Positions 20,891-30,300 of a stretch of 64,000 nucleotides of DNA are shown here, piece by piece. The notes under the pieces are model-generated. The model saw nothing but the letters and a program-made list of their open reading frames with translations, ran no database searches and was not told the DNA's origin. Each line of letters begins with the position of its first letter. The first letter of the stretch is position 1. Source of the DNA: a virus; IMG/VR virus record IMGVR_UViG_3300031857_000055, positions 42,542-106,541 of that record. The stretch is one strand, 5' to 3'. The position numbers and the translations under genes were made by a program.

Positions 20891-21477
20891 ATGATATAGT
20901 TGATAAGTTTGAAAAGCTGATTGCTAATTTTTATGGTGCACCATATGCAGTAGCAACAGATTGCTGCACTCATGCCATTGAGTTGTGCTTGCGAATTGAA
21001 AAGCCGGAATATCCTATCAACTGCCCTACTAGAACTTACATAAGCGTACCCATGACATTCATGAAACTTGGAATGGAGTGGCAGTTTGACGATTATGATT
21101 GGGAAAATTACTATCACATAGGATGCACGAGCATCATTGATGCCGCAGTGTATTGGAAACCTCGCGGGTATGTTCCTGGCTCAAAAATGTGTCTCAGCTT
21201 TCAGCACAAGAAACATTTGAGTTTGGGTCGCGGGGGCATGATCTTATTAGACAACTATGATGATTATGTAACTCTCAAAAAAATGAGCTATGATGGAAGA
21301 ATCCCTAACACACCTTGGGCAGAACAAGACATTGATACTGTCGGCTATCACTATTACATGACTCCCGAAACCGCACAGACAGGCATCTATCGTTTTTGTG
21401 CAGCAGAAGTAAAAGAACCTCGTAAATGGTCATCACAAGATTATCCTGACCTATCAACAATGCAAGTTTTTAAATGA
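20887..21477 (+). CDS. Short DegT/DnrJ/StrS-type PLP aminotransferase
   Basis: AVATDCCTHAIEL, IIDAA, SFQHKKHL..GRGG (PLP lysine region), GYHYYM; only 196 aa. Confidence 0.75.
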   Translation: MNDIVDKFEKLIANFYGAPYAVATDCCTHAIELCLRIEKPEYPINCPTRTYISVPMTFMKLGMEWQFDDYDWENYYHIGCTSIIDAAVYWKPRGYVPGSKMCLSFQHKKHLSLGRGGMILLDNYDDYVTLKKMSYDGRIPNTPWAEQDIDTVGYHYYMTPETAQTGIYRFCAAEVKEPRKWSSQDYPDLSTMQVFK

Positions 21478-22328
21478 CATACTATCTACAACATAGTGAA
21501 TGGATGAGTTCGCTTAGTATTCCTGAGGGAATGAACTTAGACATGTTGAACAACTTATCTAATAGATTAGAAGCATTACTTAAGCCCGCGCTTTCCAAAC
21601 ATAGTAAAGACAATATTGTTATTGATTTGGGAGCAGGAACAGGTGTGTTAGGATTGTTCGCATTATCACAGGGAGCAACGTTTGTTTACTTTGTTGAACG
21701 TGATCCGCAGATGTTTCATATACTTTCTAACGTGCTGCCTAATAAACTACCAGCAGATAAATTCAAACTTATTAACAAAGACATTGAAGATTTAACTATT
21801 GATGACTTTGATTGTGGAACGCCCGATGTTGTTGTCAGTGAGTTCTATGGACCGAGACTATTTGACGAAGGATATGTAAACTATACAAAGCACCTACGCT
21901 CGTTCTTACCCGACTGTTATTTTATTCCAGAAACATTTGAAGTTGAATTCTATTTAGGAGACATTGATTACTCGCAGCCCATTTGGCCAAAAGACAATGA
22001 ACTGGTAGACCATTTCAAGTTTATGTATAAAGAGAAGGGCTTCGCCAGACATATGGAGTTTGCAGGCGGAAAGTATGTGGGTTCAGTTTTGTTTGACGCA
22101 AACAAGCAAACGTTTGACAATGCGGTAGAATTTGTATATGATAAAAACACTGAGCAATTATTAGTAGGTAGAGCAATCGTTAAGCACGGAGAACTAAATC
22201 AGTATTATACTACCTTAGGCTGGCTGATGACGGCTGACGATTGCGATAAAAAGTTTAGAATCTACTACGATATTCCTAGCTACTTTAATCCAAGAAAGAT
22301 TGATATTACCAATGCTGAGCAAGAATGA
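21474..22328 (+). CDS. SAM-dependent methyltransferase, PRMT-like
   Basis: VIDLGAGTGVLGLFA..GA..VYFVE plus DVVVSEFYGPRLFDEG (double-E-loop-like). Confidence 0.72.
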   Translation: MTYYLQHSEWMSSLSIPEGMNLDMLNNLSNRLEALLKPALSKHSKDNIVIDLGAGTGVLGLFALSQGATFVYFVERDPQMFHILSNVLPNKLPADKFKLINKDIEDLTIDDFDCGTPDVVVSEFYGPRLFDEGYVNYTKHLRSFLPDCYFIPETFEVEFYLGDIDYSQPIWPKDNELVDHFKFMYKEKGFARHMEFAGGKYVGSVLFDANKQTFDNAVEFVYDKNTEQLLVGRAIVKHGELNQYYTTLGWLMTADDCDKKFRIYYDIPSYFNPRKIDITNAEQE

Positions 22329-23286
22329 ATGGGACCCTCTTAAAAGTGTGATTGTTGGCATTGCAGATGACGCCAAGATTCCTCCCACTAACATTGGACT
22401 ACGCACTGTCAATTACGCCGATCTAACATTCAGTGAATATATGGGTGTCAAACACGGTAGATATCCTGACCAGGTGATTGAAGAAGCGAACGAAGACTTA
22501 GAACGACTCTGTGAATTCTTGCGTGAAGAAGAAATTCAAGTGGTGCGTCCGAGTAGCAACGACCCTGAATACTATAACTATTGTCCAAGAGATACAGTAT
22601 TAGTTCACGATGACTTGATTCTTGCGACTCCAATGGCATTGTCATCTCGCAGAGATGAATGGCGCGCAAGTAAACAATATTTTGATTTTTCTAAGTTAGT
22701 AGTTGCGCCAACGCCTGAACATTCAGACACTTATAACAGCAGATGTTTAGGCGACCCTGATATATTAGCATTGCGTGAATATGAACCTATCTTTGATGCT
22801 GCTAATGTTCTACGAGCTAATGATGACCTGTTCTATTTGGTCAGCAATACTGGCAACAAGAAGGGTGCAGAATACCTACAAGAGCTTGTCGGTCCCGACA
22901 AACGAGTTCACACCATTGAAAACGTCTATAGCTATATTCATTTAGACAGCACTATTGCATTTTTGCGTGAAGGTCTAATGTTACTGAATCCATCACGTAT
23001 TAAATCAGTTGAACAATTGCCGGAAGTACTGCGTAATTGGGATATCATTTGGGCTCCAGAGCCAGTTGATATTGGTCACTACCCTGGCTACTGCAACGCA
23101 AGCAAGTGGGTAAACGTGAACCTACTCAGTGTCAGCCCTAAACTTGTAGTATTAGAAGAACACCAGCATAATCTTAGACTTGAACTTGAGAAACATGGCA
23201 TAGATTGTGCGATGCTACCTATGCGACATGCAAGAACACTGGGCGGATGCTTCCACTGTGTAACTTTGGATTTAGTACGGGGCTGA
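22312..23286 (+). CDS. Amidinotransferase (StrB1/AGAT-like)
   Basis: NEWDPLKSVIVG, YCPRD, FDAAN, HLDST, LGGCFHCVT (Asp-His-Cys triad). Confidence 0.9.
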   Translation: MLSKNEWDPLKSVIVGIADDAKIPPTNIGLRTVNYADLTFSEYMGVKHGRYPDQVIEEANEDLERLCEFLREEEIQVVRPSSNDPEYYNYCPRDTVLVHDDLILATPMALSSRRDEWRASKQYFDFSKLVVAPTPEHSDTYNSRCLGDPDILALREYEPIFDAANVLRANDDLFYLVSNTGNKKGAEYLQELVGPDKRVHTIENVYSYIHLDSTIAFLREGLMLLNPSRIKSVEQLPEVLRNWDIIWAPEPVDIGHYPGYCNASKWVNVNLLSVSPKLVVLEEHQHNLRLELEKHGIDCAMLPMRHARTLGGCFHCVTLDLVRG

Positions 23287-23296
23287 TAGTTCTCGT

Positions 23297-23302
23297 TAAA
23301 TA
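23297..23302 (+). promoter_or_regulatory. T4-like late promoter TAAATA
   Basis: 5 nt before ATG 23308. Confidence 0.55.
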
Positions 23303-23307
23303 CTATT

Positions 23308-25014
23308 ATGAATTCAAGAACCGAAATAGGTCATGTTTCTAGATTTTGGAATGACGATTTCAAATCATTGCCATATGTAAAGCAGCCCATCACTGATGAG
23401 GAAATAGCTAAATGGACTGAAATGGGATATGACTATGTAAAAAGCTTTAGTGGCTCTATGTATGACAATCGCAATCCTATGCCTGACTGGGTTGCGACAA
23501 TGGAAAATCTGCTCGGAATGTATGATCAAACTTATACAATCTATAGAATGAATACATTGGAAATCATGCCGGTTCATAGTGATCACTTTAACACTTATTG
23601 TAGACTAAACAATACCACTAGCGACAAAGTTCAACGTGTGATATTAATGCTTGAAGATTGGAAACCCGGGCATTACTTTGAAATGGACGGCATAGGATAT
23701 GTCAATTGGAAAGCTGGCGATTGGTTCAAATGGACAGGTGATGTTCCGCATGCAGCCAGTAACATAGGCACTGAGCCTAGATATACACTACAGATAACCG
23801 GGAAGCCAGTTGCAGAAGGGCAACTGAATAAGTTATTCTATCACAACATTCCGGGCCTGCAAGATAATTGTACCCAACCATTCATTATAAACGATGTGTT
23901 GCCTAAGGTAAAAGAGCAACACGTAATGGTCTACATGAACAATAGATTTATTCATGAATTGACTGATGTTGAACATGATGATGAAGCCAGAAGCATATTG
24001 AATAACGAGGGACTACACATTTATCTGTATGAACCTCTTTCAAGTTATGATAGAAATTGTCCTGACCATACTATGGGATTCTATTCAGAGTTCAACACTA
24101 TTGAACCTGAAAATTTGGGCGCAGAAGAATTAGATAGTATCAGTCAGTATGCTATTCGCAATAGTCTTACTAATGTCACTGTGCATACCTGCGATTATGA
24201 TGTTAAAGAATGGTATCCACACTACAGTAATCTCAATTTAATATGTGATGACCTGTTTCTAAAGACACAACGTAAGATTAGAAATCTTGATGAGGCATTT
24301 AGAAATCAATTCAACCAGAAATTCGTATGCTTGAATTGGCGCTTCACTAATCACAGACAACTGGTATCTACATTCTTAGCAAATGATAACGGATACTTGA
24401 GCTGGTATCACAAGTCAGACTTTGAAAATCTATCAACGAATCTTTTCTTTAAGCTTGAAGATTGGAAAACTTCACATCCTGAGCATTATGCAAAGCTAGA
24501 GCAGGGTTGCGACATTGTGCTACAGCGTTCTCCATTTGTAGTAGACATTACAGCTAATCATTCTAATGAGAACATGGGATGCTACGATATGTGGCCTGAT
24601 GCAAATGATTATACACCTGGCGAGACTCCGGCGTTACGTAATATATTAGGGAATAGCCTCTCTAATGTGTACATTAATTCGTTTGTTGACATTATTAATG
24701 AAACAAGATTTGCACAACCTACTGCTAACTTTAGTGAAAAAGTTTTTCAGGCCATGCAGTACAAGAAGCCCTTCATTGTAGTAGCTCCTCCCAAAACATT
24801 AGAATATATTAGAAGCTTAGGTTTCAAGACCTTCAGCAATTTTTGGGATGAAAGCTACGATGATGAATTAGAACATAGTGAAAGACTAGCAAAAATCTTT
24901 GACCTAATAGACATAATTAATGCAACACCACTGGACAAGTTACGTTCACTGTATGAGGATATGCAGTCTACAGTAGAACATAATTTCAAAACTTATAAAG
25001 AGTTTATCCAATGA
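23308..25014 (+). CDS. Fusion of a 2OG/Fe(II) oxygenase-like domain and a GT-B-like domain (paralog 5)
   Basis: N-terminal PVHSD..WKAGD..PHAASN..RYTLQITG; C-terminal LNWR..HR..INET..FSEKVF..KPF..GFKTF..DESYD. Confidence 0.65.
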   Translation: MNSRTEIGHVSRFWNDDFKSLPYVKQPITDEEIAKWTEMGYDYVKSFSGSMYDNRNPMPDWVATMENLLGMYDQTYTIYRMNTLEIMPVHSDHFNTYCRLNNTTSDKVQRVILMLEDWKPGHYFEMDGIGYVNWKAGDWFKWTGDVPHAASNIGTEPRYTLQITGKPVAEGQLNKLFYHNIPGLQDNCTQPFIINDVLPKVKEQHVMVYMNNRFIHELTDVEHDDEARSILNNEGLHIYLYEPLSSYDRNCPDHTMGFYSEFNTIEPENLGAEELDSISQYAIRNSLTNVTVHTCDYDVKEWYPHYSNLNLICDDLFLKTQRKIRNLDEAFRNQFNQKFVCLNWRFTNHRQLVSTFLANDNGYLSWYHKSDFENLSTNLFFKLEDWKTSHPEHYAKLEQGCDIVLQRSPFVVDITANHSNENMGCYDMWPDANDYTPGETPALRNILGNSLSNVYINSFVDIINETRFAQPTANFSEKVFQAMQYKKPFIVVAPPKTLEYIRSLGFKTFSNFWDESYDDELEHSERLAKIFDLIDIINATPLDKLRSLYEDMQSTVEHNFKTYKEFIQ

Positions 25015-25760
25015 CAAAAGAAAGAATAGCATTAATAGCGGGCTGTAGTCACAGCGCCGGTTCAGAAATAGACGGAAGTCAGGATAGCAAATACAGCAGA
25101 GATAGTGCGTTTGGATCAATTCTAGCTAATAAACTTGGTTATCGCCCTATCAATATTGCTATTAATGGGTCAACTAATTCAGGAATCGCCAGAAGTATCT
25201 TGATGTGGTTTGATGAGAACTATAATCCTGAAACAATGGATGTATACGTAATCGTAGGATGGACAGAAAGTTCTAGAATAGAGGTTCCCGCTACCCACAG
25301 ACCAAGTGATTTTCACTCAGGAAATCCCAGCATTGAATGGTATGACTCATCTGCTAATAGCTATCTTAGAATCAACTATGGCTGGGAAGGAAGCGGAAGT
25401 TATGAGAAGGAAATCATACCCAAGTATCATAAGTTTATGGCTGAAAATGAAATTTATCTAGAATATCAAACAGCCAGCACTGTCCTAATGATTCAGTATT
25501 TTCTAAAATCTAAAAACATACCATATGTTATGTGTAGTACAATGCATATGTTTAGGCCACAAGAACATTTTACAAGCTATCTGGTAAACTTGATTGACGA
25601 AACGAGATACTATAATTTGAAGACTGATCAAGATAGTGCGTTTTATTGGAAATATAAAAATCTAGGCTACGAAAATAGCAAAGCTGTGTATTGGCATCAT
25701 AGTGAAGAACCTCACAGGCTATACGCAGAGGAACTATATAAGTTCATAGGAGAACAATAA
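25011..25760 (+). CDS. SGNH-like protein (paralog 4)
   Basis: AGCSHSAG, NIAINGSTN, GWT...R, C-terminal H. Confidence 0.6.
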   Translation: MTKERIALIAGCSHSAGSEIDGSQDSKYSRDSAFGSILANKLGYRPINIAINGSTNSGIARSILMWFDENYNPETMDVYVIVGWTESSRIEVPATHRPSDFHSGNPSIEWYDSSANSYLRINYGWEGSGSYEKEIIPKYHKFMAENEIYLEYQTASTVLMIQYFLKSKNIPYVMCSTMHMFRPQEHFTSYLVNLIDETRYYNLKTDQDSAFYWKYKNLGYENSKAVYWHHSEEPHRLYAEELYKFIGEQ

Positions 25761-25861
25761 TGAGATGGATTAGAAATATTATTAACAAGATCAAACGAGA
25801 AATTCAGTATCGTAAGAGAATCAAGGAACTCAAGAAAAGAGATCCTTTCATTTACAAGTGA
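25760..25861 (+). CDS. 33-aa basic peptide ending DPFIYK (not in ORF track)
   Basis: MRWIRNIINKIKREIQYRKRIKELKKRDPFIYK; AGGAG SD, TAATG coupling, directly upstream of the carbamoyltransferase. Confidence 0.65.
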   Translation: MRWIRNIINKIKREIQYRKRIKELKKRDPFIYK

Positions 25862-25867
25862 GATAAA

Positions 25868-27361
25868 ATGAACTACGTAGGTATTAGTTGCGGCTTCCAT
25901 GATGCCGGCTTAAGCGTCATTGATGATAATGGCAATATACTTTTTGCTGGGCATAGTGAGCGTTACAGCATGAAGAAACACGACAGCGAATTGTGTTTAG
26001 GCATTGTTGAAGATGCTAAACGCTATATCAACGATGACTTTGAAGTACACTATTATGAGCGTCCGTATGTCAAGGCTGTTAGGCAGTTTATTGCTAAGCA
26101 AAAGCTTGGCCCTTTCAATGTCAACGAGATTATTGGCAATCAGAACCTACGCGGATTAGATAGTTTTAGGCACATTCGTCAGGGTAAAGTAAAGACTCAC
26201 AATCATCATCTATGTCACGCCGCTGCAGGGTTCCAAACAAGTCCGTATGAAGATGCTACCGTAGTTGTCATTGACGCTATTGGGGAATTAGATACTATTA
26301 GCATTTGGGATGCAACGTATGATAAGAACGGTAAAGCAAAATACAAGAAGATTTGGGGCCGTAAGTATCCTGACTCTATCGGACTATTCTACTCTGCGAT
26401 GACAGCACGAGTAGGCTTGCGCCCGCTAGATGAAGAATACATTCTAATGGGCATGGCTGCATATGGTAAGCCTGTATATGATATCTCAATGCAACAACTG
26501 TTCATCAACTTTAAAGAGATTGTTTTAAAAGACAACCTGCACATCGGAGTTGATGAGAAGTTTCTAAAGGATGCAGACGAAATGGATATTGCTGCATCTG
26601 CACAGGTTGTTGTTGAACAGCTAATAGAAACAGTAATGAAGAAGGCTAAGAAGTTAGGTAGAAGTGACAATCTCGTATATGGGGGCGGCGTTGCTCTCAA
26701 CTGTCTTGCCAACAGATTGATTGGCAAGTACTATCAGAACATTTGGATTATGCCTAACCCGGGCGATGCAGGCAACAGCTTAGGTGCAGCAGCGTTAGGC
26801 TATGGTAAGAAGGTCAACTGGACTGATGCTTTCTTAGGATTTGACATTGAAGGTGATTATCCGGTTGACAATATCATCAAAGAATTATATAGTAACAAGA
26901 TGGTAGGTGTCGCTAGTGGCAGGGCAGAATTTGGCCCTCGTGCATTAGGTAACCGAAGTCTACTTGCAGACCCTCGCGGGCCTGATATTAAGGATAAAGT
27001 AAATGACATTAAACGAAGACAGAAGTTCAGACCGTTTGCGCCTATCATTTTGGAGGAGCTGGTTACTGATTACTTTGATATGCCTAGTGGCTGGAGTGAC
27101 AGTCGGTATATGCAAGTCATCGCTACTTGTAGGCTACCTGACTTATTTCCTGCTATCGTTCATCATGACGGGACTTCTCGTGTTCAAACTGTCCCGAATG
27201 ACGGATCAGGAATTAGAAAACTACTAGAAGCTTGGTATAAAGAAACCGGCTGCCCAATGCTATTGAATACGTCATTGAACATTCGCGGAGAACCTATGGT
27301 TAATGATAGAAACGATGCGGACAGGTTTGAAAAACTCTATGGGGTAACTGTCTGTAGCTAA
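25868..27361 (+). CDS. O-carbamoyltransferase (NodU/CmcH/TobZ family)
   Basis: FHDAG, HHLCHAA, GGVALNC, GRAEFGPRALGNRS, RPFAP, DGTSRVQTV, LLNTSLN. Confidence 0.93.
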   Translation: MNYVGISCGFHDAGLSVIDDNGNILFAGHSERYSMKKHDSELCLGIVEDAKRYINDDFEVHYYERPYVKAVRQFIAKQKLGPFNVNEIIGNQNLRGLDSFRHIRQGKVKTHNHHLCHAAAGFQTSPYEDATVVVIDAIGELDTISIWDATYDKNGKAKYKKIWGRKYPDSIGLFYSAMTARVGLRPLDEEYILMGMAAYGKPVYDISMQQLFINFKEIVLKDNLHIGVDEKFLKDADEMDIAASAQVVVEQLIETVMKKAKKLGRSDNLVYGGGVALNCLANRLIGKYYQNIWIMPNPGDAGNSLGAAALGYGKKVNWTDAFLGFDIEGDYPVDNIIKELYSNKMVGVASGRAEFGPRALGNRSLLADPRGPDIKDKVNDIKRRQKFRPFAPIILEELVTDYFDMPSGWSDSRYMQVIATCRLPDLFPAIVHHDGTSRVQTVPNDGSGIRKLLEAWYKETGCPMLLNTSLNIRGEPMVNDRNDADRFEKLYGVTVCS

Positions 27362-27364
27362 GTA
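27359..27364 (+). promoter_or_regulatory. Late promoter variant TAAGTA
   Basis: 5 nt before ATG 27370, same spacing as the TAAATA sites. Confidence 0.45.
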
Positions 27365-27369
27365 TACAT

Positions 27370-30300
27370 ATGCTTAGAGACGTTTTTTATTATGGCAAGA
27401 AGCCCAATGTCCACCCAAGAGAACAATTCGCAGAAAATCTAGCTGATGCTAGACTAAAGGCCACTACTCGTGACTTTTGGATCATCAACGAGTTCTGCGA
27501 CTACAGAAATTTTGATTGGGACTTTGATTTTGAATTCCTCCCGGACGAAGACGTTTGGGCAGAAGATCACAATAACGTGTGGCCCAGTCAACATCAAAAA
27601 GATAGCGGCACCTGGTTGTGTTCTAAAGAACATAGTGACCTAATCATCTATCGCGGTGACGTAGACCCAGTCATTCGTAAAAACGAAAAGACCGATCATT
27701 GGGTTGAACTTGATTTAATTAATCACAATAAGTTTGACTTTAGTTGGCACCCTGACCCAACTGACCCTCCCTATATCTATAAGTGGCCCTGCAAGTTCTT
27801 CCCTGCTGAGTTCAAGCATGTGTTAGAATATCGTGTGCCAGGAGCAACGCAAGAAAAATACATGAACACAATTGCAGAGTTGGTTCCTGAGTATGATCGT
27901 TGGGAAGAACATCAAGCAATTGACAAAGATAGATTTGATATGTCGTGGAGACCGAATCCACTTGACCCGCCATTCACATATGTTTGGGGCAACAAATATA
28001 TTGACGGGACACTTAGGCCCACGCTGGAGTATCATACACCAGGAGCAACTGATAAGAAGTATATGTCAGAACTTGTTCCAGTACTGCCCGAAACTGATAG
28101 ATGGAGCATAGTCGAAGATATTGATAAAACATCGTTTGACTTTAGCTGGAGACCTGATCCTAGAGAACCTGCATTCATTTACGTATTTGGTAACGAACAA
28201 TATGATGGCACTATCATGCCTACTGTTGAGTATCACTGTCCCGATGCAAATGAAATTAAGTACGTCACTGATATCAAAGCCAAGCTATCAAGTAAGAGAG
28301 AATTATTTGAACATCTTGAAGACAGCTATGGTTTAGATTATACTTGGAGACCCGACCCTACAAGTCCTCCCTATATCTATGCGTGGGGGAATCAGTGGAA
28401 TGCTCCAGAAGATAAAATCTCAGTGCAGTATGTTGTAGATGGTGCAACAGAATACAAGTATATGACTGACAGGGCTGTTCGCAGACCATGCATGGATAAC
28501 TGGATAGTCCCCAAAGATGTTGATACAACTGGATTTGATTTCAGTTGGGAACCTAGCCCTGCTGCACCACCGTATATTTACGAGTTCGCAACACAATGGC
28601 AAAAGACGGGCGGCCCTCAGTATGTAGTGCCCGGCGCTACTGAGAAACAGTATGTTGACTTCCAAAAGGTCAGAAAACTACCTTCAGTAGATAATTGGAA
28701 TGTGCCTGATAACATTGATAGCACTACGTTCGACTTCAGTTGGCACCCAGACGATACAAGTCCCCCTTACATTTATGTGTTTGCTACCCAATGGGCATTC
28801 AGCGGCGGCCCTGTATACAAGGTAGAAGGCGCTACAGAAATCAAATACGTAGACGAACAAGTAGCGACTGCTAAGCCAGATAGAACCAATTGGGTCTATG
28901 ATGAAAAACTAATTGATATAGCAGAGTTTGATTTTAGTTGGCATCCATATGTAGAAGACCAGCCCTATATCTATCAGTTTGGAACTCAATGGCAAAAGAC
29001 GGGCGGACCTAAGTACATTACCTCGGGTGCAGATAGCTCCAGCCCAGTTAAGTACATTGACACCCGTATCATCAAGTCTACCCGTTTACCGACCCCAGAT
29101 AACAAGTGTTGGAATAATCTATATCCTATAAAAGATTTTGATTATAGTTGGCACCCCGACGACACCGAAGAACCATATATCTACGTGTTTGGAAATACTC
29201 AGTACCCTGCCGAAGAGTGTGCTACTATTGAATATAGAATGGAAGGTGCTACTCAGGTAAAGTATGTTCGTGATATAGTTGCGACATTAGATATAGATAT
29301 GACTAATTGGGTCATACCAAAAAATGTAGACTGTGCGGGCTTTGACTTTAGCTGGATACCTAATCCTAACGACCCTTTATATATCTATGAGTTTGGAACT
29401 CAGCATCAAAAGACGGGAGGACCTCGTTACGTAGTATCAAATGCTACTGAAATCAAATATATTGATTCACAAAAGGTAATCATACTACCCAACAAAAGTG
29501 ATTGGTTCATACCTGATAATGTTGATGTTGCTGAGTTTGATTTTAGCTGGCACCCTGATGATACTGACCCTCCCTATATCTATCAATTCGGCACTCAGTG
29601 GGCGCTGTCGGGCGGCCCTCGTTATGTAGTTGACGGTGCAACAGAAATCAAATATATGGATAATCTAGTTGCTAAGGCACTGCCTGATAGAACTAATTGG
29701 GTCTATGATGAAAACTTAATTGATGTAGCAGAGTTTGATTTTAGTTGGCATCCTTACGCAGAAGATGATCCCTATATCTATCAGATTGGTACTCAGTGGC
29801 AGAAAACAGGTGGCCCTAAATATATTACACCGGGGGCAGATTTATCTAGCCCTGTGAAATATATTGACACACGTATTATCAAAGCTAGACGCTTAGAAAA
29901 TCCTGAGAATACATGCTGGGTAAGAAATTATCCTATCAAGCATTTTGATTATAGTTGGCATCCGGATGAGACAGAAGAACCTTATATCTATGTTTTCGGC
30001 AACAAGCAATTTTTAGCTGAGGAATGTGCCACCGTCGAATATAGAATACCGGGAGCAACGACTGTAAAGTACATACCCGATATCATTGCAACATTAGATG
30101 TTAACATGGATAAATGGGTTGTCCCTGATAACATAGACACGACTGATTTTGACTTTAGTTGGATTCCTAATCCAAGTGAGCCACCATATATCTACGAGTT
30201 CGGCACTCAGTGGCAAAAGACAGGCGGACCTAAATATGTTATGCCGGGAGCTTGGCGCGGAACAAAATACGTTGATGATCAAACAGCAAAGAGACTTCCG

